From IMG/VR virus record IMGVR_UViG_3300028025_000092: a DNA stretch of 64,000 nucleotides; one strand, written 5' to 3'. Shown piece by piece: positions 8,893 through 17,174 of the stretch (position 1 is its first letter; each line of letters opens with the position of its first letter). The notes under the pieces are model-generated. The model was not told where the DNA came from, ran no database searches, and saw nothing but the letters and a program-made list of their open reading frames with translations. Origin of the DNA: a virus. A program made the position numbers and the translations under genes.

Positions 8893-8978
8893 CCTAATGA
8901 TAGCGTCAAGCCGGATTTTGCGACTTCGTTAGGTCAGATCTGTCCAATAGGAGAGCCGGCTGCGACCCTGGACAGATC
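8893..8978 (+). ncRNA. Candidate twin-hairpin ncRNA with repeated AGCCGG..TGCGAC loop motif
   Basis: CCTAATGA/TCGTTAGG and GATCTGTCCA/TGGACAGATC stems, each enclosing AGCCGG-(n)-TGCGAC. Confidence 0.5.
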
Positions 8979-8987
8979 ACTACATTT

Positions 8988-9061
8988 GGTTCTGTAGCTC
9001 AGCTGGATAGAGCGCCACCCTTCTAAGGTGGATGTCGTTGGTTCGAATCCAACCGGGATCA
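8988..9061 (+). tRNA. tRNA-Arg(TCT)
   Basis: CCACC-CTTCTAA-GGTGG, TTCGAAT. Confidence 0.95.
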
Positions 9062-9064
9062 CAA

Positions 9065-9199
9065 TTAAGGTTGATTGGGGAATGGTGATATGAAATACCT
9101 GGTAGAGGTGGGAAGTTAATATCATCGGAGTTTGAACTACCACTAGTAATGCCAGTTGTAAAAGAGATTGTCCACTGAACCATCTTTCTCTTTCCTTAA
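9065..9199 (+). ncRNA. Candidate structured ncRNA with possible pseudoknot
   Basis: TTAAGG/CCTTAA ends; ATGGT/ACCAT; GATAT/ATATC enclosing ACCT-GGTAG-AGGT; loop GGTAG complementary to CTACC (9137-9141). Confidence 0.45.
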
Positions 9200-9204
9200 A
9201 ATAT

Positions 9205-9278
9205 GTTGGATGTAGCTCAGTTGGCAGAGCACTAGCTTGTGGCGCTAGATGTCGCCGGTTCGATCCCGGTCGTTCAAC
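9205..9278 (+). tRNA. tRNA-His(GTG) with encoded G-1
   Basis: CTAGC-TTGTGGC-GCTAG; G-1:C73 identity pair. Confidence 0.95.
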
Positions 9279-9285
9279 CATTACT

Positions 9286-9362
9286 CGGGTAGTTCGGGAG
9301 TCAGGTCACCCGGCTTGGTTTGGGACCAAGACAACTCGCAAGTTCGAATCTTGCCTACCCGA
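9286..9362 (+). tRNA. tRNA-Pro(TGG)
   Basis: CGGGTAG/CTACCCG-A, CTTGG-TTTGGGA-CCAAG. Confidence 0.93.
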
Positions 9363-9364
9363 CA

Positions 9365-9432
9365 GAAAGATCAAAGAGACCGCTAAATCGAGTTAGTGAA
9401 AATCTACATTCTCTTTGGTCTTTTCGTTTTTT
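9365..9432 (+). terminator. Long hairpin with U-rich tail (terminator or processing site)
   Basis: AAAGATCAAAGAG/CTCTTTGGTCTTT stem followed by T runs. Confidence 0.45.
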
Positions 9433-9450
9433 ATTTTCGATGTTTTACTC

Positions 9451-9458
9451 TATATTTG
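9451..9458 (+). promoter_or_regulatory. Bacteroidota-type -7 promoter element TATATTTG
   Basis: Matches TAnnTTTG, 12 nt upstream of tRNA(CAT). Confidence 0.55.
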
Positions 9459-9470
9459 TAACATCAAAAA

Positions 9471-9544
9471 GGACTTGTAGCTCAGTTGGTTAGAGCAAAT
9501 GACTCATAATCATTAGGTCCCTGGTTCGAGCCCAGGCTGGTCCA
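9471..9544 (+). tRNA. tRNA(CAT), probably Ile2 (lysidine, reads ATA)
   Basis: GG-start acceptor, AATGA-CTCATAA-TCATT, A73; lacks initiator features; elongator Met not excluded. Confidence 0.85.
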
Positions 9545-9552
9545 CAAATTTA

Positions 9553-9634
9553 GGCCCTCTGTTGTAATTGGTAGCCAAGCCAGACTTAGGATCTGGTGTC
9601 GCAAGACGTGAGAGTTCGAGTCTCTCGGGGGTCA
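9553..9634 (+). tRNA. tRNA-Leu(TAG)
   Basis: CCAGA-CTTAGGA-TCTGG, variable arm GTC-GCAA-GAC. Confidence 0.93.
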
Positions 9635-9645
9635 CAACTTTTATT

Positions 9646-10680
9646 ATGAACAAACAAAGGGTATGTGCTATAATAGGGTCGTACACTAAAACCCATTTAG
9701 ACACGGCTCTTCTATCTCTAACAATAGAAGGTATAAAAAGAAGAGGCTATAAAACATGCCTCGCAACCCATGCTCCTGTTAGCCACGAGCTTCAAAAATC
9801 TGTAGATTATTTTATTTACACAGATGAGAATCAAATTCTAAATCCAGGGTTTGAGCAAATGGCCGGATATTATTATAATGGTTCGAATTTTTATTTCAGA
9901 AGTAATTATAGTAACACCAGCGGTGCACATTCTTTTGCAATATTAATGAACATCAAAAATTCATTATGGCTAATGGAAAAGAAAGGATTTACCCATTTTA
10001 TTTATTTTGAATCCGATTCTTTTCTGAATCAAAAAGACCACGAAAAATTAGAAGAAGCCTTATCAGATAAAATGCTAGATCTTGATTATTGGTTCATGAA
10101 CGAAACATATAATCTAGGTGATCAGATATTTCCTGTTACCTCAATATTTTCAGGAAGAATAGAATATTTCTCAAAGAACACAGATCAGATATTTAGCCCA
10201 GACGGTTATTTGGATTTCCTATCATCGGGTGGAAATTGCACATTAGAATCATTTTTTCTTAAATTAATAAACACATATCCCGGAAATGGAACCATTGAAA
10301 AAAATAGACCGAGAGATTTTTTTTCTAGTGAATGGATCGGGATTTCTAGCGGAGGTAATATAGCATTACCAGGATATGATAATCTAATTCTTGATCTTGT
10401 TGATGTAGTAAGAGATTATCACAGCAATGATTCATTCTTCCTTGTGTTCCCCTTTATAAACAGCGGAGAAAATGTTGGGGTTAAAGTATATCTAGATGGG
10501 GTATTAAATCACACAAGAGAAGTTATACCTAATGGGATATTTCATTATTTCAAATTTAATTTTGAAAAATCTTCAACGATAAAAGTAGAATTTCATTATT
10601 TAGGTTCTGTGCGTTATGTTATAGAAAAAAGCGTTGATTCTATAAGATCTAATCAACATTCATACTTTAAATTCAAGTAA
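9646..10680 (+). CDS. Putative glycosyltransferase-like protein
   Basis: Real start MNKQRV after the tRNA; VDYFIYTDEN and YFESD (DxD-like) motifs. Confidence 0.45.
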   Translation: MNKQRVCAIIGSYTKTHLDTALLSLTIEGIKRRGYKTCLATHAPVSHELQKSVDYFIYTDENQILNPGFEQMAGYYYNGSNFYFRSNYSNTSGAHSFAILMNIKNSLWLMEKKGFTHFIYFESDSFLNQKDHEKLEEALSDKMLDLDYWFMNETYNLGDQIFPVTSIFSGRIEYFSKNTDQIFSPDGYLDFLSSGGNCTLESFFLKLINTYPGNGTIEKNRPRDFFSSEWIGISSGGNIALPGYDNLILDLVDVVRDYHSNDSFFLVFPFINSGENVGVKVYLDGVLNHTREVIPNGIFHYFKFNFEKSSTIKVEFHYLGSVRYVIEKSVDSIRSNQHSYFKFK

Positions 10681-10744
10681 AGTATATTTGAATTGGGGGA
10701 ACTTATTTAATTTTTTTGATATAAATTTAGAATAATACCCACCA

Positions 10745-11056
10745 ATGAATAGAGGCAAATTTAAAAAAATAATCAAGGAATATAAAGATGCCTCAAAGTA
10801 TGAGGTATACGAGGGAGTTAGAGATAATTTTATTTTTGGATTTCTTGGTGCAACCCTAGTGGTCTTTATTTCAACAAGAATGGATTTAGCAGTTCTTTCT
10901 GGATATCTTGCTTATTATTTTTTCATGGGTAAAATAGTCAACAGGCCCAAGTATGTTACTTCTCTTGGTAAAATGATAGTGTTTCCTATTCCCTCTGCAC
11001 TTGGGGCTTTTGCTGGCTATAAATTAGCTTATTATCTGCACATTTGGATCTCTTAA
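10745..11056 (+). CDS. Small membrane protein
   Basis: Three hydrophobic segments; GGAAC-N17-TATAAA upstream. Confidence 0.7.
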   Translation: MNRGKFKKIIKEYKDASKYEVYEGVRDNFIFGFLGATLVVFISTRMDLAVLSGYLAYYFFMGKIVNRPKYVTSLGKMIVFPIPSALGAFAGYKLAYYLHIWIS

Positions 11057-11057
11057 A

Positions 11058-12029
11058 TTACCTTTGTTTAAATACGATTGAGGTATCTGGTGCAAATAAT
11101 ACCTTTCCGAATGGAGGTTTGTTATGTACCGTAGGACCACAGATAAACCAGAAAGTTTTGTTTGCGTATTTTGGTATTCCGTACTTCTTTGGATCTGGAT
11201 ATTGAGCCAGTGTGTCTGTTAAATAAATAAAGATTGAAGGATTAATTTTAGTCTTTAGAACATTTTTTTTATGAGCGCCATCAACAAATTCAAACGGAGG
11301 AATAAATCCTTTAGCATTACCCCCGGTGGATGCCCATTTTGAAAGATCCGGCATTTTACCCTTTTTAACTATATCAACATTATCGATATCATCGCTACAA
11401 TAAATGATGTAAGTTGTATCAGCATCGAATTGTTTGCAAAGATAAATTACTTCCTTTATGAAAGTATTGGACACTGTTTGAGAAATAGAACCTGACGTGT
11501 CTATAGCAGCTACGATTGTTCTAAGAGTATCCTTTCCAATAGGCTTTTGTCCGTATAGATATTTCCCACCAGCAACAAATCTTCTGTTTGGAAGAACAGT
11601 ATCTTTAGAACTAAATGAATTATCAAAGAATTTTTTTAATTCTTTTTTCCAATTAACTAAAGGCTCTGATGAAGATAATTTTTTTACCATATCTTTAAAT
11701 CTGCTACTATCAGATTTTGCCATCGCCTTTGCTGCTATGTTTTTCCAATCCGGTGTTGCTTTTTTGCCCTTGTAAATTGAAGACTTACCCTTCTTGGTGT
11801 ATTCAGTTGCTTTATTCTTTATGGATTTAGTTTTGTCGGTTACACTTCTTTGTGTGCTAATACCAGGTTTTTCCTGTCCGACCATAGGGATATCTTCCTT
11901 CCCAGTTGAATCCTCTGTAAATTTTGGTTTCCCTCCGCCACCTGGGGTATTACTATCTCCTTTACCTCGTGGGTTTTGAGTTATGGAATTTGGATCTATT
12001 AATGTATATTGTCCTAATTTTACTAGCAT
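11058..12029 (-). CDS. VWA-like (DUF2201 C-terminal) protein
   Basis: VNWKKELK...PNRR...IVAAIDTSGSIS MIDAS, TGG, IYLTD. Confidence 0.8.
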   Translation of the reverse strand: MLVKLGQYTLIDPNSITQNPRGKGDSNTPGGGGKPKFTEDSTGKEDIPMVGQEKPGISTQRSVTDKTKSIKNKATEYTKKGKSSIYKGKKATPDWKNIAAKAMAKSDSSRFKDMVKKLSSSEPLVNWKKELKKFFDNSFSSKDTVLPNRRFVAGGKYLYGQKPIGKDTLRTIVAAIDTSGSISQTVSNTFIKEVIYLCKQFDADTTYIIYCSDDIDNVDIVKKGKMPDLSKWASTGGNAKGFIPPFEFVDGAHKKNVLKTKINPSIFIYLTDTLAQYPDPKKYGIPKYANKTFWFICGPTVHNKPPFGKVLFAPDTSIVFKQR

Positions 12030-12045
12030 TTTCTGTGTTTTAGTA

Positions 12046-12414
12046 TTAAACTTCTATGTCACCATTAGGAAGTACTCTTTTGATTGTGGTTTCTGTCCCG
12101 TCAGATAGTATTACTCTATCACCAACGTTTGGTAATGAAGGTGGCGGGGTTTTATCCCCATCCTCGTCTCCTGGTTTTTCTCCCGGTAAACCTGGTATTG
12201 GTTTTTTTTCACCTAAGCCTGGTAATGGCTTTTCCCCAGGACCCTCGGTTACACCTGTAATAGTTTCTCCCCCACCTCCTCCTCCGTCTCCTTTGCCTTC
12301 CTGAGGATCTACTATAACATCAAATTCGTTTCTTTTTAAAGACATTTGACCCATAGTGCTTTCGTTTACTTCTTTTGATTTTGAAAATTCACCGAATGAA
12401 AATATTTTATTCAT
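12046..12414 (-). CDS. Small protein with N-terminal F-x-E-F..NE motif and C-terminal KOW/SH3-like module
   Basis: MNKIFSFGEF..VNES; NVGDRVILSDG..IKRV..NGDIEV. Confidence 0.65.
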   Translation of the reverse strand: MNKIFSFGEFSKSKEVNESTMGQMSLKRNEFDVIVDPQEGKGDGGGGGGETITGVTEGPGEKPLPGLGEKKPIPGLPGEKPGDEDGDKTPPPSLPNVGDRVILSDGTETTIKRVLPNGDIEV

Positions 12415-12425
12415 GTTTATAATTA

Positions 12426-13394
12426 TTATATCTCGTTAACATCTGCTAAATCAGAAAGATTAGATCTACCAGAGGATGCTGCTCTTTCCATCTTTACTTC
12501 TTCCTCTGTCATTTCATCTATATCATGGGTTCCGTCAGAATTGATGGATGTTATCTTTCCATATCTTCCGTCCTTACTTTTAATAAGATCTCCAACTTTA
12601 GCTTGATGAACTTTAGACCCACCGCCTGCTTCACCACCTCCTGCTTCATCATCTTCTTCACCATCTCCTGCTTCACCATTATCGTCTTCTTCAGATCCAC
12701 CCGGGGTATCATCATATTCATCCTCTCCGGTTTCTTCAAACTCGTCTTCCCCCTCTTCTATTTGTATTTCTAAACCTTCACTAGGTCCAGGAAGGGGAGT
12801 TCCTTCGTCTACGACATTTCCTAGATCCTGATTCTCTTGTTTTGGCAGTGGATTATCTTTGATTATTTCATAAATATCTTCTGCTCTCATTCCAGAATAC
12901 TTTTCCTCTAAAAGACCCATTCTAGATCCATCCGCATTTTTTGGCCATGCAGTTTCGTCTTTAGCTTGTCCAAAATCCTCCCCATCCAAAATAGGATTGA
13001 TGGCATAATCACAAGCATAGTTCCATATTAGTGGATTTCTATCTTGCCTTCTTTTCATATGATCTCCAATACAATGTAGTAATTCGTGTGCCAAAACTAG
13101 TCTTATAGCTGCATCAGTTTGGGATGCCACGAATTCCGGATGAAATATAATTCTTTTACCATCAGTGCACATTGTTTTGGGTCTAATTGCATCAGATCCA
13201 TATATGTCAATGTTTGATAATAGATCCGCATAATCTGCTTTTCGAAGATTCATCCAGATTATTGATCTGTTTATTCTTTTGGTGATTTCGACAGGATCAT
13301 AACCAAGATTGCTTTCGGAATAATCTGCATCTTCATTTTCGTTTATTGATTTAATAAACGACTTAAAAGATCCGTATTTTATGAATTTACTCAT
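12426..13394 (-). CDS. DUF2201-N putative metallopeptidase
   Basis: TMCTDG..I.F.PEF, LAHELLH (HExxH), WNYACDYAIN. Confidence 0.8.
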   Translation of the reverse strand: MSKFIKYGSFKSFIKSINENEDADYSESNLGYDPVEITKRINRSIIWMNLRKADYADLLSNIDIYGSDAIRPKTMCTDGKRIIFHPEFVASQTDAAIRLVLAHELLHCIGDHMKRRQDRNPLIWNYACDYAINPILDGEDFGQAKDETAWPKNADGSRMGLLEEKYSGMRAEDIYEIIKDNPLPKQENQDLGNVVDEGTPLPGPSEGLEIQIEEGEDEFEETGEDEYDDTPGGSEEDDNGEAGDGEEDDEAGGGEAGGGSKVHQAKVGDLIKSKDGRYGKITSINSDGTHDIDEMTEEEVKMERAASSGRSNLSDLADVNEI

Positions 13395-13400
13395 TATCGT

Positions 13401-14969
13401 TTATCTAATTTTAGCCTGCGCAGATGCTGTAACCATTTTTCCCATTTTATCTGCTAAATCATGATCCGGACTGGCACCATCTGTTACAGCAGCCAGTGAT
13501 TCTGGGAATTTATTGTGTATTGATTTCAATAACCAGCTTGATATTTCTGCCTGTCCGTATTGTACAAAATACTCCACGATATTATAAAGAGTTTGAATAT
13601 CATACGTTTTAACTTTCTTAATAACCATTTCGCCGACGCCTCTTAGAATACTCTTGTTTTTTTCTACCCCTGGTATTTTAATCGCTGCTGCTGGATTATT
13701 CATTATAGTCTCAATGTCTCTTTCTGAGATATTTCTTAAAACATCTAGATATGCATTAAAAGCTCCTGCTGCCTCTGGACCTACCTCACTTCTAAAAATA
13801 TTTAGAATTTCCTTACTTGGTACGTCTCTCCAGCTTTTACCCCCTACGAATTTAATCTCGTCTAATAAAATTAAAGCCCCATCTGTCCATGATCTTGGCG
13901 TTGGGAATGTTTTAGACTCCTCCGTTGGATCTAATCTATGGAAAAATTGTTTATTATCGCCTAAAAAGGATACCAGTTCTGGTAAGATTTTTCCTGCCAT
14001 TTTTCCTTCGGTTGAAGATGCCCACTCACCCCATTCTTCCACGGTAGGAACATAATTAACTATAGTGAATCTGTTCGCCAATGCAAAATCAAATTCTGTA
14101 ACATTCGGTGCTTCTGCCTCTCTGTTACCTGCTGCTATAATAACCCATTTTTCCGGAAGTTGATAATCGGGAAGTCTACCCATTTGAACGAATTGCATCA
14201 ATTTATTTAACACGTTTTTATCTGCTCTATTCATTTCATCAAGGAAAATAAATCCTCCCTTTCCTTCCTTTCCATTATCTGTTGGTAGATTTGCGGGTGC
14301 ATTAAATCTAGTAAATCCCTTTCCTTGAGAAGTCATTACCCTTTTCTTTATTACATTTCCCTCAGAATCTTCTGTCTCTATATCCTGGAATGTTGGTTCT
14401 TCTATATTGTGCTGACTTGGTACCCCAGAAAAATCTTCAGGATTCATAAACTGAACATCAAGATTTTTAAAGTCCATTAGCGGAATGCCTAATTCAGTCG
14501 CTACTTCACCAACTATTTGGGTCTTACCAATTCCAGGTGCTCCATAAACGAAAATTGGTTTTGCTCTACCTCCTGATATTTTCGAGGTATAAAGTCTTCT
14601 AATCATATTTTTAAATTCCGCAGTATTTATATCTCTTACACCTTCTCGCGGATTCGGATATTCAAGTCCTACAACATCAGCTACACCTTCCATCATTCCA
14701 CCAGATCCGTGAACTTCTTCTATCTGTTTATCAATTGGACCATTTTCTGGTAAATATAACATAACTGAAGGTTTACCTGCATAAGGTTGCCCTGCTGGGA
14801 TTTTTGGAATATCACCGTTTGTTAGCTTGTCATAGAATGACTTTGCCCATCCGGTTAGTTTGTCGATAACGTTATCCTTAATCCAAGAAAATACACCTTC
14901 GTTAACAGTGTTTCTGTTTACCTGTTGTCTATCTTTGATAAAGGTCTCAAAATTGGAAACTCTTCTCAT
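13401..14969 (-). CDS. MoxR-like AAA+ ATPase
   Basis: Walker A GAPGIGKT, Walker B IFLDE, AAGNR, ALANRF, TPRSW. Confidence 0.9.
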   Translation of the reverse strand: MRRVSNFETFIKDRQQVNRNTVNEGVFSWIKDNVIDKLTGWAKSFYDKLTNGDIPKIPAGQPYAGKPSVMLYLPENGPIDKQIEEVHGSGGMMEGVADVVGLEYPNPREGVRDINTAEFKNMIRRLYTSKISGGRAKPIFVYGAPGIGKTQIVGEVATELGIPLMDFKNLDVQFMNPEDFSGVPSQHNIEEPTFQDIETEDSEGNVIKKRVMTSQGKGFTRFNAPANLPTDNGKEGKGGFIFLDEMNRADKNVLNKLMQFVQMGRLPDYQLPEKWVIIAAGNREAEAPNVTEFDFALANRFTIVNYVPTVEEWGEWASSTEGKMAGKILPELVSFLGDNKQFFHRLDPTEESKTFPTPRSWTDGALILLDEIKFVGGKSWRDVPSKEILNIFRSEVGPEAAGAFNAYLDVLRNISERDIETIMNNPAAAIKIPGVEKNKSILRGVGEMVIKKVKTYDIQTLYNIVEYFVQYGQAEISSWLLKSIHNKFPESLAAVTDGASPDHDLADKMGKMVTASAQAKIR

Positions 14970-15099
14970 TTTTTATCTTTTTTGATTTATATATCTAAGT
15001 AAATTCGACCTATCTTTATAAAAGATGAGAAAATCTAAAAATCCATAAAAATTCAGGAAGACCCAATGTCTTAACCTGCTAATTAATTATAATGATTAT

Positions 15100-15127
15100 G
15101 AAACAAACCTCAAAAAAGATATATAAC
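15100..15127 (+). promoter_or_regulatory. Promoter for tRNA operon 2 leader
   Basis: GAAAC 15100-15104, 17-nt spacer, TATAAC; overlaps GATATATA 15118-15125. Confidence 0.6.
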
Positions 15128-15143
15128 ATTCAATCAATCAAAA

Positions 15144-15230
15144 ATGGTAAATCAGAGCACATATAATAATTGCTATCAAATGTCTGAACAAGGCAATGAG
15201 ATGGATTATATGCGCACGGATCTGGTTTAA
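15144..15230 (+). CDS. Leader peptide of tRNA operon 2 (MVNQSTYNNCYQMSEQGNEMDYMRTDLV)
   Basis: 28-codon ORF; 13 of codons 3-22 are N/Q/Y/C/E; last codons plus stop form the antiterminator strand. Confidence 0.8.
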   Translation: MVNQSTYNNCYQMSEQGNEMDYMRTDLV

Positions 15231-15252
15231 CATTTTTTTAAATATATTTTTT

Positions 15253-15284
15253 AAACCCAGATCTTAATAAGGTCTGGGTTTTTT
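15253..15284 (+). terminator. Attenuator terminator of tRNA operon 2
   Basis: AAACCCAGATCTT/AAGGTCTGGGTTT stem plus T tract; alternative 13-bp pairing of GGATCTGGTTTAA (15218-15230) with TTAAACCCAGATCT (15251-15264). Confidence 0.85.
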
Positions 15285-15291
15285 ATTTGAT

Positions 15292-15362
15292 GTCGATTTG
15301 GCCGAGAGGATAGGTAGGGGTCTGCAAAACCTCTCACACAGGTTCGAATCCTGTAGTCGACT
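15292..15362 (+). tRNA. tRNA-Cys(GCA)
   Basis: GTCGATT/AGTCGAC-T, GGGGT-CTGCAAA-ACCTC. Confidence 0.93.
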
Positions 15363-15370
15363 CAGAAATT

Positions 15371-15442
15371 GGGGATGTAGCTCAGTGGTAGAGCGGGTCA
15401 CTGTTAATGACTAGGTCGTAGGTTCGAACCCTTCCATCCCCG
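15371..15442 (+). tRNA. tRNA-Asn(GTT)
   Basis: GGGGATG/CATCCCC-G, GGTCA-CTGTTAA-TGACT. Confidence 0.95.
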
Positions 15443-15448
15443 CAAAAT

Positions 15449-15520
15449 GCTCCTATCGACTAGTGGTTAGGTCACATCCCTTTCACGGATGTAGCACGGG
15501 TTCGAATCCCGTTGGGAGTA
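15449..15520 (+). tRNA. tRNA-Glu(TTC)
   Basis: CATCC-CTTTCAC-GGATG, TTCGAAT. Confidence 0.95.
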
Positions 15521-15528
15521 CAAAAATT

Positions 15529-15610
15529 GGGAGCATCGTCTAGCGGCAATGACAAGTGACTGTAAATCACTCCTCTTTCGAGTTCGCAGGTTCGAGTCCT
15601 GCTGCTCCCA
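15529..15610 (+). tRNA. tRNA-Tyr(GTA)
   Basis: AGTGA-CTGTAAA-TCACT, variable arm. Confidence 0.95.
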
Positions 15611-15617
15611 CTAAAAT

Positions 15618-15688
15618 TGCCCGATGGTGTAACGGTAGCACAACTCCCTTTGACGGAGTTAGTTTAGGTTCGAATCCTAATCGGGCAT
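15618..15688 (+). tRNA. tRNA-Gln(TTG)
   Basis: TGCCCGA/TCGGGCA, ACTCC-CTTTGAC-GGAGT. Confidence 0.95.
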
Positions 15689-15693
15689 CAGAA

Positions 15694-16302
15694 TTACCAA
15701 TAATATTTTTCCCATTCAAAATTTTCGAGGGGGGTGAAATACTTATCATATTCTTTGCGTAACGGATTACTAACTAAATTTGGCCCATGAGGGAGAACGT
15801 GGGAAATACCATATTTAGAAGCAAATTCTTTAGCTTTTGCGATAATCTCTGGCATTTTTTTGATACCTTCTTCATCATTCTTGCTATAAAATTTTGCTTC
15901 CATGCTAAATTCTTTTCCTGAATCCCTCCTAGCTCCTGGTGCAAAAATTCTAATGGGATCATATGCCATCCTTCTGTAAATATACATAGGTCGGTAATAT
16001 ATGATCTCGCACTCAAGATCCTCTAGTTTATTTCCGATATACTCTCGTATATTTTTTTCAGCACACTCCGCTCTTTTAATCTCACTATCATCTAGTGTGT
16101 ACCTGGTTTGGAATGGATAGCAGCTATCAATCAATTTATATTGCTGATTATCACTGAATAGTTCTTTCACCGCATCCTCGTTCTGTATTAGTCCTTTTAT
16201 AATGGTTCTATTATGAAGAACCAACGTAAATGTGAGATCGAAAAAATCAATTACAGATGGTGAATTAACCCCGAAATTTTCATATATTGAAACGTGCTTC
16301 AT
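15694..16302 (-). CDS. Hypothetical protein with MKHVSIYENF N-terminus
   Basis: 202-aa ORF; GATATATA upstream on minus strand (16309-16316). Confidence 0.7.
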   Translation of the reverse strand: MKHVSIYENFGVNSPSVIDFFDLTFTLVLHNRTIIKGLIQNEDAVKELFSDNQQYKLIDSCYPFQTRYTLDDSEIKRAECAEKNIREYIGNKLEDLECEIIYYRPMYIYRRMAYDPIRIFAPGARRDSGKEFSMEAKFYSKNDEEGIKKMPEIIAKAKEFASKYGISHVLPHGPNLVSNPLRKEYDKYFTPLENFEWEKYYW

Positions 16303-16400
16303 GTTTTGTATATATCTGGTAGAATTCTACATGTTTCCCTGCCCATTACCGATGGAAAAAATGAAATATTTTAACTATCATATATAAAATAAAATCCCCA

Positions 16401-17174
16401 ATGTTTAAATATCTTACAAAGGAGGAAGTCCAACAGCTTTCCTTCGATTGGAAATATAAAGGATATTCTATTATAGATCTGATCACGCCAGAAGAAGCCG
16501 ATTTAATATCGGAGAATCTAGATAATTTAAGAAAGAAAAGAAATTCGGTAGATGATAAGTACGGTGAGTATGACCCTTACATGCACCCACACAAAGAATC
16601 CGAGTTAGTGTCTAAGATCCTTGGACATCCTAAAATATTAGAATCCGTGGAGTTTATAATAAATTCGGAGATTCAAGGAATACAAACGTGGGCTTATTTT
16701 AAACCACCCGGGGAACTTGGTAGGGATGCACACCAAGATGCTTTCTATGCTCAAACACAATGGAATAAAACTGCTAATGTTAGTATATCTCTAGATAATA
16801 CCGATGAGTCAAATGGTGGTATTTGGGTTTATGAGGCTTCTCATCTTCTACCAATTTTACCTATAGAGATAGATGAGGAAAGAGCTAAGCTCAATCCAAT
16901 CAGATGGAGGAACGAGAGGGGTAAGGCTTGTGTTATGCCAGAAGGACATAATTTTAGCAAAATAACACCACATGTTAACAAAGGACAAGCAATTTTTTTG
17001 CATTCTCATATAGTTCACGGATCGAATGAGAATAAAAGCAATCGATTCAGAAGATCTATATTGAGTGGATATACTGGAAAGGGATCGCCATTTAGAAGCG
17101 GGGAACACATGAAAAGGGAACCAATCGACGTTTATGAACTAAAATTAAAATATTGGGAGGTAAAAAAACTCTAA
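16401..17174 (+). CDS. PhyH-family Fe(II)/2-oxoglutarate dioxygenase
   Basis: FKPPG..HQD, ISLDN..ESNG, HGS..N.S..R. Confidence 0.85.
   Translation: MFKYLTKEEVQQLSFDWKYKGYSIIDLITPEEADLISENLDNLRKKRNSVDDKYGEYDPYMHPHKESELVSKILGHPKILESVEFIINSEIQGIQTWAYFKPPGELGRDAHQDAFYAQTQWNKTANVSISLDNTDESNGGIWVYEASHLLPILPIEIDEERAKLNPIRWRNERGKACVMPEGHNFSKITPHVNKGQAIFLHSHIVHGSNENKSNRFRRSILSGYTGKGSPFRSGEHMKREPIDVYELKLKYWEVKKL

Noticed and set aside
8981-8988. TACATTTG as a promoter for tRNA-Arg
   Set aside because: Overlaps the first tRNA base, so transcription would start inside the gene
9065-9199. Lysine or cobalamin riboswitch
   Set aside because: Only fragments (AGAGGUG, GGGAA) match; too short and no downstream regulated CDS
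8330-9470. Theta/HDV-like ribozymes at tRNA 3' ends
   Set aside because: Could not build the nested double pseudoknot starting at any tRNA 3' end by eye; a motif search would be decisive
8574-9704. ORFs overlapping tRNA cluster 1 (and 15556-15762, 18791-18976)
   Set aside because: Spurious translations of tRNA genes
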